Shown: piece by piece, positions 48,950 through 62,120 of the stretch
Position numbering within the stretch: position 1 is the first letter of the stretch
Layout of the letters: every line of letters begins with the position of its first letter
Source of the DNA: Squalus acanthias
Lineage: Eukaryota
Assembly: GCA_030390025.1 (NCBI GenBank)
Contig: CM059427.1
Span: 13,516,001-13,580,000 of the forward strand
DNA: 64,000 nt
Direction: 5' to 3'
The notes under the pieces: model-generated
Told to the model about the DNA's origin: nothing
The model's input: the letters and a program-made list of their open reading frames with translations, nothing else
Databases searched by the model: none
Made by a program: the position numbers and the translations under genes

Positions 48950-50415
48950 CAGAAGAGATGGAAACCAGGAGAGATAGGCACCAGTAGAGATGGAAATCAG
49001 AAGAGATAGAAACCAGGAGATGGACACCAGGAGAGATGGAAACCAGGAGAGATAGGTACCAGTAAAGATGGAAATCAGAAGAGATGGAAACCAGGAGATG
49101 GACACCAGGCGAGATGGACACCAGTAGAGATGGACACCAGGAGAGATGGACACCAGGCGAGATGGACGCCAGGAAAGATGGACACCAGGAAAGATGGACA
49201 CCAGGGGAGCTGGACACCAGGAGAGATGGACACAAGGAAAGATGGACACCAGGAGAGATGGACACCAGGAGAGATGGACACCAGGAAAGATGGACACCAG
49301 GAAAGATGGACACCAGGGGAGCTGGACACCAGGAGAGATGGACACCAGGAAAGATGGACACCGGGAGAGATGGACACCAGGAGAGATGGACACCAGGAAA
49401 GATGGACACCAGGGGAGCTGGACACCAGGAAAGATGGACACCAGGAAAGATGGACACCAGGAGAGATGGACGCCAGGAAAGATGGACACCAGGAGAGATG
49501 GACACCAGGAGAGATGGACGCCAGGAAAGATGGACACCAGGAGAGCTGGACGCCAGGAGAGATGGACACCAGGAGAGATGGACACCAGGAGAGATGGACA
49601 CCAATAGAGATGGACACCAGCAGAGTTGGAAATCAGGAGAGATGGATGCCAGGAAAGATGGACACCAGGAGAGATGGACACCAGTAGAGATGGACGCCAG
49701 GAAAGATGGACACCAGGAGAGATGGAAATCAAGAGGGATGGACACCAGGAGAGATGGACACCAGGAGAGATGGAAATCAAGAGGGATGGACACCAGGAGA
49801 GATGGACACCAATAGAGATTGAAATCAGGAGAGATGGACACCAGGAGAGATGGACACCAATAGAGATTGAAATCAGGAGAGATGGACACCAGGAGAGATG
49901 GACACCAATAGAGATTGAAATCAGGAGAGATGGACACCAGGAGAGATGGACACCAATAGAGATTGAAATCAGGAGAGATGGACACCAGGAGAGATGGAAT
50001 TCAGGAGAGATAGACACCAGGAGAGAGGGACACCAATAGAGATGGACACCAATAGAGATGGAAATCAGGAAAGATGGACACCAATAGAGATTGACACCAA
50101 TAGAGATGGACACCAGTAGAGATGGAAATCTGGAGAGATGGACACTAGTAGAGATGGAAATCAGGAGAGATAGACACCAGGAGAGATGGACAGCAGGAGC
50201 GATTGAAATCAGAAGAGATGGACACCTGTAGAGATACAAATCAGGAGAGATGAGCGCCAGGAGAATTGGACAGCGGGAGCGATAGAAATCAGAAGAGATG
50301 GACACCTGTAGAGATGGATACCAGGAGAGATACAAATCAGGAGAGATGGACACCAGGATGGACAGCAGAAGAGGATGACACCAGGAGAGATGGAAATCAG
50401 GAGATATGGATACCA
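48950..50415. repeat. 16-bp minisatellite (GATGGACACCAGGAGA)n, about 90 units
   Basis: Read directly. Variant units and a 48-bp higher-order block at about 49800-49990. Confidence 0.98.
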
Positions 50416-50419
50416 GAAA

Positions 50420-50516
50420 TAACAACAGAAAGTGCTGGAAACACTCAGCAGGTCAGGCAGCATCGAGGAGAGAGAAACAGAGTCAACGTTTCGGGTCGAG
50501 GGCCCTTCGTCAGAAC
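50420..50516 (-). mobile_element. Penelope-derived short repeat with hammerhead motif (50482-50516)
   Basis: Minus strand GTT-CTGACGA-A-GGG-CCCTCGA-CCC-GAAA-CG-TT-GAC, followed by GATGCTGCCTGACCTGCTGAG. Confidence 0.8.
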
Positions 50517-51399
50517 AGGGCTGGAGGTCGGTGTAAGATGCTGAACCTCTCCACTGGGGGCCCTTGTCAGAGAATCTTGCCCGTGGACTCAGTCACTCTC
50601 CTCCTGTCACCTGGCAGTGACCGTGTCAAGTCTGCTCAGTGCTGAAACCTGGTCTCACGGTGTGGGGAGCACTGCTGACGACTGCCTCGGGGATTCTGGA
50701 CTCTGCCCCTCCCAAACAGTGCAGAGTGTTACCTGTCCGAGTATTATGGGTATTATAGCATTGACTGGAACTGGAATGTGCTGGGGTTTTGTGGCTATCT
50801 TACAAAATGGAGCAAGATTTTTTGCGCACAGCTAATGCAGCATATTCCTTATAGTATTCAACAATCTTTACTTTAAACAGGTTGAAAAGACCAAAGTAGG
50901 TTATTGTCCATTGACTGCACGAAACACCCGCCCAACTGAATGCTTTCTCACCTTTCAGCCTATTCTTCTTGATTTCTATATTTATACTTTTGATTGTTTA
51001 AGCCAATATATTGTTTGTGATGTTGATAGTTTTTGTATGTTATATTAATATTTCCAGCCAGTGGCAATGACGGGATTTCCAGCGACCCCTCACTATCTGA
51101 ACATGTCCTCTTGATAACTCGACTTTGTCCCAGTCTGTGTGCGTGTGTGTACCGCGCTCCACCGACAAGGGAGCATGACCTTAAAACCAGTCTTCTGGTT
51201 AAAGACTTTCCGTTCAGCAATAGTTGTGTCTCGGTAAAGTTTATTGGTATGAATCTATCGTTGTGCTGATCTGGAATCCGGGCTGATCATGTCCGGACGG
51301 GCTGGTTTATCCTGAAATGGATGTGACAATCCCGGCGCCAGTTTTCACAGGGTGCGCAGGGGGTAGGGATTGTATGTAGATATGCAGAGGGGCTACCGA

Positions 51400-51756
51400 A
51401 TAAAGCTCGGGTTTCAGCCCCTGGGACTGAAAGTGAGCTGAAGGCGGGGTGAGAGTGATGTAACAGGAAGCTGGAGGCTTTCCTGTTAATGATGATGCTC
51501 TTGTCCTGATCACTCACTCCCTGACAGCGTTTCCAGCACTTAACTTAAAGCAGACAGCCCGAGAGGAGCTTCCACACTCTGAGAGTGTACAGCGGTGACA
51601 GGCAGCCCTTGATCTGGATTACCTCTCGACACCCCCTCACTTTCCACATCCCACACAGAAGGACGAGATATTGGCAGCTGGGAGAGGCGCTCAGAGACTC
51701 CCCCCATTCCTGAGGACTATTAGACTGGGACCTCAGTCCAGCTCTGGTTGGTAAGT
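51400..51756 (+). promoter_or_regulatory. Candidate promoter and non-coding first exon (possibly CALCRL)
   Basis: Unique GC-richer sequence with GC-box-like GGCGGGG, ETS motifs ACAGGAAG/TTTCCTGT and donor TTG|GTAAGT at 51750/51751. In human, CALCRL starts downstream of TFPI on the same strand. Confidence 0.45.
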
Positions 51757-53559
51757 ACAACACACTCTTGTTTGTTCTGTCACCTAACACCAGATTTATC
51801 CGGAGCACAAGAATCTCCCACGAAAGCCATCTCCTGATATATTATACAGAGTATGTTGGCTGATCTTCCACAGCGGAATTAGCATCTGTAAAAATAACTG
51901 CAGTCCCGTGTGTTAGCAAAGCGAGTCGTGTTTTCATATCTCACACTCAGTCTATCAGCAAACTGCTTCCTTACCATTGGAGTTTAATTTGAGGGGGGTG
52001 TGGGGAGGGGGATATATATCGTTTGCATGTTTTATTAGGTCGTGAGGAAATGTGCTGTGTTTTTTTCGTTTGCTGTAAACGTCAAGGGTTAATTCTTGGA
52101 AGCGAGAGTTGCGGCTGAGGTTGTAACATACCTTTCTATTTTAGACCCCAGACCTCATGTCCCTCTGTTCTGGCAGAATAAGACTTTAACAACATAGACC
52201 AACCAGCATGGGACTCCCACACCATCAGGCTCATCAGTCATTACAAAAAAAACCCCACTGTAACACAGCTAATGAATGGCCCATCTTTAAGATATTAACT
52301 AACCTAATCTTATGATGAAGTATGAACTATAATGTCTGTCAATATATTGCAAGCTTCTGCAGAATAGCAGCACATGCAATGCCATAACATTCTCTGTCAC
52401 CTTTCGTTGCATTAAATATCGATATATTTATTAAAACATAGATAAGTAAGTCACGTCCAGCTTTGCATTCCGCCCAAGTTTAAAGCATAAACTTGCTGAC
52501 AAGAATGAGCGTATAGTTCAATCTATTTGTATGATGTCGGCGGCGTCTCCCTAACCAGGCATCATTCGTCTCATCCCTCGGATTGTAAATCCTCTTGAGT
52601 TAAGTTATTAACTTCCGACCAAACAGAATGGAAGACAGCAAAGGAGGGGAAGGAGAGAGGGGTCATTGCACAGGGATAACACCCTGCAGTGTTGGAGTTA
52701 AATAGTCTACAATTATTCAGCAATGTTGGCAATCAAATTTGAACTCTTGCTTACTTTAATTTATTGTACTTAATGCTTTGAAGTATTCTTATTCTTATGG
52801 TGCGCTTAATTTTCGTTGTTACATGACTGGAGTAACAACGAAAATTAAGCGCACGGTAAGAAAACAACGAGAGGCCAATTGTAAATAGGTATTTCTTATG
52901 ATCAAGGACATTAGCTTTTACAGAAAGAAAATGAAAGGAACTGCAGAGTGCACTCTGCAAAGCATTGGTAAAAACCCTGGACTGCCTTGTAATAGAAGCA
53001 AATGTTGACTTGTTTCCGATGAGGTAAATCTGTAGCAGCCTTACTTGGGATATGAACTATTTAACTCTTCACCATCCAATAGTCACTCGTTTCCAGTTGT
53101 ATTGTAGTACAAGCCGCTGCCTCAAGGGGGCACCACAAGGTTTGTTTTATGGCAAATACCATTGAAAATGTATTTTGAACTGTATTTCGTTCATTAACAC
53201 AGCGTATAAAGTAGCTGAAATCTATTCGTAGAGTAACACCTGTTCATTATTGCATACCCATTTGGCAGGAGTGTTTTCATAGGCTCTGGCAGTTTTGAAA
53301 TAGCGACTCACCAATCCCGGTTAGTGGTGACTTCACCTGTAATAAATCAGGGTTTATTCCTAATGTTGGCATGCCGGTTCTGAAACTGCAAAATGCTGTT
53401 ATAATATAATTATACATGCAAGATGTAAATTCCTACCTGTTTTAAGAGAAACCCCCCCCAATAATAGTCATATTTTAACATTGAATGAAATACATTTATC
53501 TCCCCTGATATTATTCATCTCAATGCCATTGCTGCCTGCACTGTGCTCATTACAAGAAT

Positions 53560-54085
53560 TAATTTGACTAAGATTTACAACATGTAAATCTGGATATATA
53601 TATGCAACTTGTTAAGGGAGGAAAAAATATGAACGCCAAGCCAAAGAAGAAATTAGGAGGGGGGACCAAAAGCTCAATTGAAGAGGTGGGTTTTAAGGAA
53701 TGTCTTAAAGGAGGAGTAGGGGTTGGGAAAGCAATTCCAGAGCGTGGGGCCGAGGTGGCTGAAGGCATGGTGGGGCAAAGGGCGGGGTGGGGTGATGCAC
53801 AGAAGGTCAGAGTCAGACGGATAGAGCGTTTGGTGGGGAGGCCGGAGGTTGAATTGCTGGAGGAGGTTATGAGATAGGGAGGGATGAGGCCATGAAAGGG
53901 CTTCAGCATGAGGATGAGAATTTTAAATCGGAGGCATTGGGGGACCAGGAGCAAATGCAGTTTAGAAAGGACAGGGGTATGGGTAGGCAGGACTTGCTGT
54001 GGTATAGGATATGGCCAGCAGATTTTTGGATGAGCTGAATTTTAGAGGGTGGAGAATAGGAAGTCGGCCAGGAGAGCATTAGAAT
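53560..54085 (-). mobile_element. L2 LINE 3' fragment
   Basis: VPQCLRFKILILMLKPFHGLIPPYL motif. Confidence 0.75.
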
Positions 54086-54343
54086 GGGATTCTGCCAAAG
54101 GGGCTGGGGAGACCCAGGGAAACAGTACAACTGATTAATGGAGTTTGAACCTCTTCATAGGCTACGTAAACACACAAAAACTGTGTGAATTGGTAAAAGA
54201 GTTTGAAAATAAGAAATATCCAATTGTTTTTAAAATGCCAGTAGGATGGGTTATAAAAAAGTTACTCCCTTGTTAAAGCATGGTGAGGGAGAAATTGGAG
54301 TAGAGGCAGAACCCGGTGCAAAGTGGGTATCACACGAAGAAGT

Positions 54344-55023
54344 CATAGAAACATAGAAGATAGGAGGAGGAGTAGGCCATTCGGCCCCTCGAGCCTGCTC
54401 CGCCATTCGATGAGATCATGGCTGATCATCCAAACTCAGTACCCTGTACCTGCCTTCTCCCCATATCCCTTGATACATTTAGCTTTAAGAAATATATCTA
54501 AATCATTCTTGAATATATTTAATGACTTGGCCTCAACTGCCTTCTGTGGTAGAGAATTCCACAGGTTCACCACTCTCTGGGTGAAGAAATTCTTCCTCAT
54601 TTCTGTCCTAAATGGCTTACCCCTTATCCTTAGACTGTGACCCCTGGTTTGGACTCCCCGACCATCGGGAACATTCTTCCTGCATCTAGTTTGTCCAGAC
54701 CTGTCAGAATTTTATATGTTTCGATGAGATCCCCTCTCATTCTTCTAAACTCCAGCGAGTATAAGCCCAATCGACCCAATCTCTCCTCATATGTCATTCC
54801 TGCCATCCCAGGTATCAGCCTTGTGAATCTTTGCTGAACTCCTTCCATGGCAAGAACATCCTTCCTCAGATAAGGCGACCAAAACTGCACACAGTACTCA
54901 AGGTGTGGTCTCACCAAGGCCCTGTACAACTGCAGCAGGACATCCCTGTTCCTATACTCAAACCCTTTCGCTATGAAGGCCAACATACCATTTGCCTTCT
55001 TCACCACCTGCTGCACCTGCATG
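54344..55023 (-). mobile_element. CR1 3' fragment (same subfamily as 22870-27145)
   Basis: Highly similar to 22870-23550; LVRPHLEYCVQFWSP. Confidence 0.95.
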
Positions 55024-56431
55024 CGGCCCGAGGTTTGCTACAAATTGGGCCCCGAGCCTTATCTACATCTAACTGGTGAGCTGTGGATGCTAATTGAGCA
55101 TTTCGCAGGTAAGGCTTGGGGGGGGGGGGCGGTGGGGGGTGGGGGGTGGGGGGGAAGGTGAATGGGAAAGAGGGTGAGCCTGGGCCAGCAGTGACCCACA
55201 GTATTGTTATGGAGCCACGAGAAGCACTCCTGCTCCTCCTGGCTCCCTTCGTTGGCAGCCTCCAGCAGTCCCTTTAGGAACAGCTGATTAGGCTGCTGTA
55301 GACCCAGAAAAAATGAGCAGAACATGCACGGTGCATGTTCCACTCAGTTTATGCCGAATTTAGTAGCAGGGTCCTAAAACCAGCATTAAGATCCTGATTA
55401 GTATATTCAAGGGGCCTAACGCCTGTTTTAGATGGGTGCTCTGGACACCTTGCAGTCACCAGCAACCGATTTGAGGACCAGTTTCTCCCCCTTTATGTCC
55501 TTGGGCTGTTGATGGAAGAACTTTGCTGCTGTTAAATACAAACTAAAAATGCTGGAATCTTCAACTGGTCAATAAGCATTTGGAAGACGAAGGTAGGATA
55601 ATATTTTGGGTACTGTTTAATCATTCATCAGAAGTAACGTTACACTTCAAGAGATTTCCGTTTTTATTTTAGATTTGAAAAATTTATCCTTTTCTTTTGA
55701 TCCTTCTCTGCATTTAGTTGCAAAGCCTCAGTCTGCCATAAGTCCCAGTGTTCTGGGAACCCTTAGGGTTGTGTCAGTTGCTCTTGTAAGTGGATCCCAT
55801 GCCCCTTATGTGCTGGGGTAGACCCACATTGCCTAATGTCTAATTATATCATAGCTTAACCCAGGGCTGTAACAATACTATGGCCATATGATCTGAACCA
55901 GATATTTGTGTCTTTCGCACATGCCTCTCCAATCTTTTCAATTGTGGACCAAGGAAAATACCTGGTAAGACAAGGTTGGATACAAATTGTTAAGTTGCTT
56001 TATTTCATAGCCTGCGTGCAAAAAATAACCAGCAACATTTATAATTGGACTCACTTCATTCAAACAATACATGTCTTTGTTTAATAATGCAAATTACTGA
56101 ACATGCTACACTTCCTCACATCATTGGCTCATCTTGCTTGACTTAAACAAAATAACTTAATAACTACTCTCCTGCATTCTAACCTTCTCGCAGCTTTTGC
56201 TGTACCTGACTGTCCTCGCAGCTTTCTGTTTGAAAAACCTGATTATTTCCCAGTGTTCACATCTTGAAAGGAAAGCCTGTGCCACACAATCCCTGCCGAG
56301 CTTCTGGAACCAGGGACCTCCCAACACAATGGGAGGTGTTTATGGGTGGCCAGGACAGATTAATCAAATTGCTTATCATTTACAGTCTTTGGAGAATCAA
56401 GAGCAAAACCTAGTTCATTATAATTTAACTA

Positions 56432-56815
56432 AAGAAAGAAAGAAGGACTTGCATTTATATAGCGCCTTTCATGACCACCGGACGTCTCAAAGCGCTTTAC
56501 AGCCAATGAAATACTATTTGAAGTGGAGTCACTGTTGCCATGTGGGAAACACGGCAGCCAATTTGCGCACAGCAAGCTCCCACAAACAGCAATGTGAAAA
56601 TGACCAGATAATCTGTTTTTGTTATGTTGGTTGAGGGAGAAATATTGGCCGGGACACCGGGGATAATTCCCCTATTCTTCTTCGAAATAGTGCCATGGGA
56701 TCTTTTATGTCCACCTGAGAGAGCAGACGGGGCCTCGGTTTAACGTCTCATCCGAAAGACGGCACCTCCGACAGTGCAGCACTCCCTCAGCACTGCACTG
56801 GAGTGTCAGCCTAGT
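56432..56815 (-). mobile_element. Deu-domain SINE (SacSINE1/AmnSINE1-like)
   Basis: Minus strand CTGACACTCCAGTGCAGTGCTGAGGGAGTGCTGCACTGTCGGAGGTGCCGTCTTTCGGATGAGACGTTAAACCGAGGCCCCGTCTG, the Deu core as recalled. (TTTC)n tail. Confidence 0.85.
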
Positions 56816-57979
56816 TTTATGTGCGCAATTACAATTCATCTCGGTGTATTTTCTTTTTAAAACTTGTGTGAGTACAATTTGCTTTAAAGCACAGCACTTA
56901 AACACAAATCTTTTAGTTGAAATCTTTTCTGTGGCAAAATTGATCAAAAAAACTCCCAAAACAGGACGGGGACCTTGTTGTTAAATTGTCGCAGTGCACT
57001 AAAGGGCAGCAGCGTCTTCTCATAATGATTTTGGTGAGATGATAATAAGAAACTGCTGCTTTTCTAGCTCCAGTCTGAGACTAGCCAAAGCTCCATGAGT
57101 AATAACAGAGTACCTAACTCTGTCAGCAGATCTATATTGTTAGTGGGAATTTCTTTCTTCAAACAAAAATCACATAAAATGTCACATTAAACATGGCTAG
57201 CAATAATATTGAGATAGGCAAAATATGAAATGAACACTATAATGATTTGAAGATAAGTTCAAGCTTAATGTGCTTGTTATAGTTCAAGCTTTCTCACAGT
57301 GCTTTTACTGACAGAAAGGCAGTTTCCATATACTGACCAAGTCTGCTATAAACTGAAAGCCATACCTTTATCCAGGGCAATGCCTGAAATGTCAATATTT
57401 TCCCTTTCTTTACAGATGCTGCCTGACCTGCTGAGTGTTCCCAACATTTTCTATTTTTGTTAACCTGCACCCGCATGTTTGATTTGGAAAGTACATCATA
57501 GGACTAACAATGACTCATTAACTGCAGTATGGAGCCACTAATATGATCTTCAGTGTCCGTAGTGCTGCTGGGCATTGGGCACCTGCTCTTCGCATTATGG
57601 GATGCTGAAACCTGGGGCCTGTCCAGCACCCTGTGTACACAGCACATAACAATAAGTCCCGCAAGTGCCTGTGATGCTCAGAACATGTACATCCACTATA
57701 TGCTAGGCTCATTGAGACCCCGACAAAATATAAATGAGGGTTAGGTCCCATAATACATTTAGAGCCTGAACAACACTTCAGACGTACAGCACCTATATAA
57801 ACCAGGTACTGCATGGGCTGCCTCTTTCTTCATGTTGCGCCTTTGCTGTTAAACAGGTGTTGCTAATTTGCTGCTTTCTGTGCAGCTGTTTGTCATTCAC
57901 TGTCTCTGTGCTAATCCTGGGAGAAAAGAAGTTTGTTCAATTTATTGGAGCCGTACTGAGAGCTTCTTAAAGCTGCCCA

Positions 57980-58960
57980 TTATCTGTTGCCTTGGCCTAT
58001 TTCCCCAATGGACAGGCATTGTATGCTTCTTCGGGGGGAACTATGGGATCATTCATCACTGGTGTTCTGGAAAAAGAGGATCACAGGACACATTTGCATC
58101 TCAAGAGATCAATGAGAACCCATCCTTATGCTGCAGTCGTGTTCACAATCCCAGACATTTGTACCTGGACATATTGGATGAAATGTGCACGCAGGGACTA
58201 TGATTGTCCAAGAAAGCCATCATTGAACTTTGCACACTCCTGCAGCCAGGTCTACAAATCACATCAACAACAGGGCAGGCCGTTGCCAGTCATAATCAAG
58301 ATAACTGCAGCCATGAATTTTTATATTCCAAGCAACAGCAGTAAATATTTACCAAATCCCTCAAACTTCCGTGCACACATACATCATGCAGCTCACAGAT
58401 GCCTTGTTTGTCCAGAAAGCTAAATTCATGATTGGAAAATAGGAGGCAACGTGACAGAGACCAGCACTTTATCATCTGCACGGACTCCCCAAAATGCAGG
58501 ACATTATTGATGGCATGCATGTGGTTGCATGGGTCTCTACCTCTTATTCTATCCCTTTTGTGAAGTTAATGCCCTTTTTCCTGCCAGCTACCTTAATTCA
58601 TTCATTTTACAGCAATCCACGGTTTCCCAATAATTTGAAGGGCCATGAAGACTGGATGGATGGCTGCTGGGGGAACAAGGCTATCTACTGCAGCCATAGC
58701 TGCTTATCCCATGAGGAATCTGAGGGCAAGAGGTAAAGAATGATATAATAAGGTACACAGTCCTACCAGGGTCTTGGTAAAACACACCATTAGCATCCTA
58801 AGGCAAAAGTTCAGATGCCTGCACTGATTAGGGGGAGTGCTACACTGCAGCCCAGCAAAGGTTTCCCAATGATTGTTCCCTGCTATGTTTTAAACAACGT
58901 CTCACTGCATAGGGGCTTTATCATGGAATAGATTGCAGATGACATGCAGCATCAACCATT
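57980..58960 (+). pseudogene. Ancient Harbinger transposase remnant
   Basis: GRPLPVIIKITAAMNFY, IIDGMHV, LLGEQGY and TRVLVKHTISILRQKFRCL fragments in shifting frames. Confidence 0.75.
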
Positions 58961-59178
58961 CTCAGAAGAATTCCAGATGTGGTGGCAAACATGGGTGATG
59001 CAACTCCTAGGTTGACCTCACAAAGTTCAACTTCACAAGCAAGCTGAATGAAAGTTGAGCAGCTGGGGCACATTGTTGTGAATAAAGAAACGTTTCACAT
59101 CACTGATATTAATGTTGGAACAGGAACTATTTTCCTCTCAAGCATACCACCACCAGTGGCTCATCTATTAAATATAAT

Positions 59179-59269
59179 GGCTGGGATTTTCTACTTCTGT
59201 GCATGCCAGCCCGAAATCAATGGGTAGAATATTTTAGGCTGGTAAATGCAGAAGTGGAAAGCTCTGGCC
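59179..59269. mobile_element. 91-bp palindromic Harbinger-type mini-MITE
   Basis: GGCTGGGATTTTCTACTTCTG...CAGAAGTGGAAAGCTCTGGCC; folds along nearly its whole length. Confidence 0.7.
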
Positions 59270-59899
59270 ATTGACTTTATCTACTTTCCCCAGTCTGCAG
59301 ACTCACATAGAAGGATTTCAGGTAGAGAATTCTCAGCTGGTAAACTTTGACTTGAATAGTTTCTGAGGACAGCCAGGATACCAAAAAAGGAAGGCTTGGT
59401 GGCTTATTGAAAGTGTGGAAGGACTTAATCACTTTTGATTATTGGGTACTCCCCTGAGAGAAATATAAATGTATTCTTTTAAAGATACAACACTGAAGCC
59501 AATTAAATGTCTATTTAAAACATTTTTAAGTACAGAGATCTCCCAAATCATTTCTGTGTTGCCAATGGTAGGACTGGAGACTGTTCATCACAAGCTTAAA
59601 ATTCCAAGTAATTTGTTTGCATTTACCTCTTTATTTGTGTTTCAAAGTATTGCTCACATTGAAGTACATTATAGGCAGTAAAGATATGAGAAGGAAATAA
59701 ATGAACACAAAAAACACCAAAGCCTGACTATTCAACTAGGAATTATGGTTTGGGAAAGACAGCTTAACGCCTTTATTCTCTACAGGGTTTTAAAAACAAA
59801 TGTTGTTAGTCCAGAGGTGATTGCTCAGAAGCTCTCAGTACAGTGCCGAGTGCCTAGTCTGGGAGAACGGACAAGTAATAGGATGATAGTGTGAGATGA

Positions 59900-59995
59900 A
59901 GTAAATAGAGTGGAAGGAGGCTCGTGTGGAGTGTAAACACTGGCATAGACTGGTTGGGCCGAATGGCCTGTTTCTGTGCAGCAAATTCTATGTAA
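59900..59995 (+). mobile_element. CR1-related SINE/LINE 3' tail
   Basis: GGAGGCTCGTGTGGAGTGTAAACACTGGCATAGACTGGTTGGGCCGAATGGCCTGTTTCTGTGC. Confidence 0.75.
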
Positions 59996-60639
59996 GTTTA
60001 TTTTACTTATTTGCTTTTATTTACTTGTTCTCGTCAGTAATTAAGACCCTTGTGTTGTAATCATTTTATTCAGTAAACTATTCTTCAATACTTTGATTAT
60101 GTATAAAAAAAAACATAAGCCTCAAAATTCTGATGGTTTGGTAGGGAGTAAACCTGGCAGACCTGGAAGTAAGGTGTAAGATTTTTACGGACCTAGCTAA
60201 AATGTTGCCATACAAATAATGAGTTTAGGCCAGAATGAAATCATTAGATCTCAAAGGTTAATACTGTTAGATACAGATCTTACTTTGGATTGCTCTTTTG
60301 TCAAAAAATGTTTTGCTCTTTATTTTGGAGGCTCCAAAATCATTTGGAAATCAATTTTCAATTTTTTTTGTATAAGAAATTTGCTAAAATATACTGTACA
60401 TGTTGAAGGAGGAAAAGTAAGAGAATAGCAGAGAACCCGAGAGGCCAGGCTTATGAGTCAGGATCGCAAAAGAAATAGATCCTTCTGCAGATTCCCAGCC
60501 ATCAGGGAGTATAGACCCCGAAGATCTGGTTGGAATATGTCCCCAGAGTTATCTGTATGGAGGCTGCGGTAGAATTTTGCTCCATCCTACAGGGAAATCA
60601 GCAAACCTCCTGAAGAAACAGGACAGCACTTACTATGGC

Positions 60640-62120
60640 TCAGAAAGTCATTACTGCACTTAGTTTCTTGGCCAGAGGCTCATTCCAAGTGGCAACAGGC
60701 AACTTCAGCCAGGCCAGTCAGTGTGCGGCCCATTATTGCATGAGGCAAGTAATTAATCTCCTTTTTTTCCAGGGCAACCCAGCTCATTACATTTAACATA
60801 GGAGAAAGACAATTGAGTGAGCAGGATTGCTGGGTTTACACGAACGCTTGCAGCTTCATATCGCATTCATGTAACCATAAAAGCCCCTAATGTCAAACTA
60901 CATCAATGGCCCGTATTTTCCGATCGGAGGCCTCCAATCTGGAAAAAATCTACGCCCTTACCTGAGGGCTCCAGAGGTCCAGACATTTCCACTCCTGGGC
61001 CTCTGCTCTACGAAATGCGCAGGGCCCAGGTATCCCAGCGTCCCTGGGATCACGTGGGCCATGAGGAACCAATGAAAGAAGGGAATCCCCCTTCACACTT
61101 TTGACAGGTTAGATCTGTCAAAAGTATGAATGGGGATCACTGAAAAAACACATCAAAACATTAAATATATTTTTAATCATGTTTTTAAAATTAGTTAAAA
61201 TTACATTAACTTAAATATTTTAAACAAAAATTTAATTTTTTGAAAAATTAAAGTTTTTTACGGGGCTAAAAATAAACTTACCTTTTTTAAAAGTATTTTT
61301 AAATTATAAATGAGTGGAAAAAAATGTTACTTTTTTAAACTCTGCTTTTACCAGGCGTAGATTTCTAAGGGTTTTCAGCGGGCGGAGGTTTTGCAGAAAG
61401 CGGAACACTCCGCCCGCAGAGGCCCTTCTCCAGGGCAGGCGTGCTATCTGTCAAGAGGATTCTTGACAGATCGGAAGTGCCAGTTTTCAGCGCATGCGCT
61501 TCGCATGCCTGAAACCGGCACTTGCGAGGTCCCTACGGGTGTGTACACAGCGCGTACACACCCATAGGGATCAGAAAATATGGGCCATTATGTGAAACGA
61601 AAGGGGTTTCACTCCGTGAATGTCCAACTAGCGTGTGACTACAGGTTTCTGCCTGGCAGTGTCCAGTACACGGGGAACTGCCAGGATTTATTTATCCTTC
61701 GGTAGTCCAGAAGGGGAAGCCTTCTTTCAGACAAGAGTTATCAAATGCTACTGTGACTGTTAACACCATTGAGGAGGACCACCAGTGAAGCAGCGAAATG
61801 CCACAAAAAGGCACAAATTCACACTCAAATTCAAATTGAAGAGACCATTGGAATGCTGAAGGGAAGATTGGGATGCCCAGATAGTGCTGGGGGCTCCCAC
61901 GAGTATGCTTCTGATGTTGTCTCATGAATTCTGGTGACCTACTGTGTCCTTTACAATTTTGCTCTTTAGAAAAACCTGGAAATTGAAATTCTTGAAATGT
62001 AAACAGACTCAAAAGCTGAGCCCCCGGGACAGAGAACTTGGACACGTGGAGGGCATAGCTGGGTCACGGACAGCTGCTGAGAGAGAGCTCTGAGGCAAAC
62101 TTATTAGAGAGGCTTTCAGC
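60640..62120 (+). pseudogene. Ancient Harbinger transposase remnant split by a MITE
   Basis: KVITALSFLARGSFQ, HVTIKAP and RKGFHSVNVQLACD fragments flank the MITE. Confidence 0.75.
60908..61586 (+). mobile_element. Harbinger-type MITE
   Basis: TIRs GGCCCGTATTTTCCGATC / GATCAGAAAATATGGGCC; flanks AAT/ATT. Confidence 0.85.

Noticed and set aside
48908-50425. 505-aa and other long ORFs on both strands
   Set aside because: Artefacts of a stop-free 16-bp tandem repeat; no splice or domain evidence.
55118-55158. G-quadruplex-forming G tract (also G15 at 40590)
   Set aside because: Simple homopolymer-rich runs, the first within a decayed MITE; no evidence of function.
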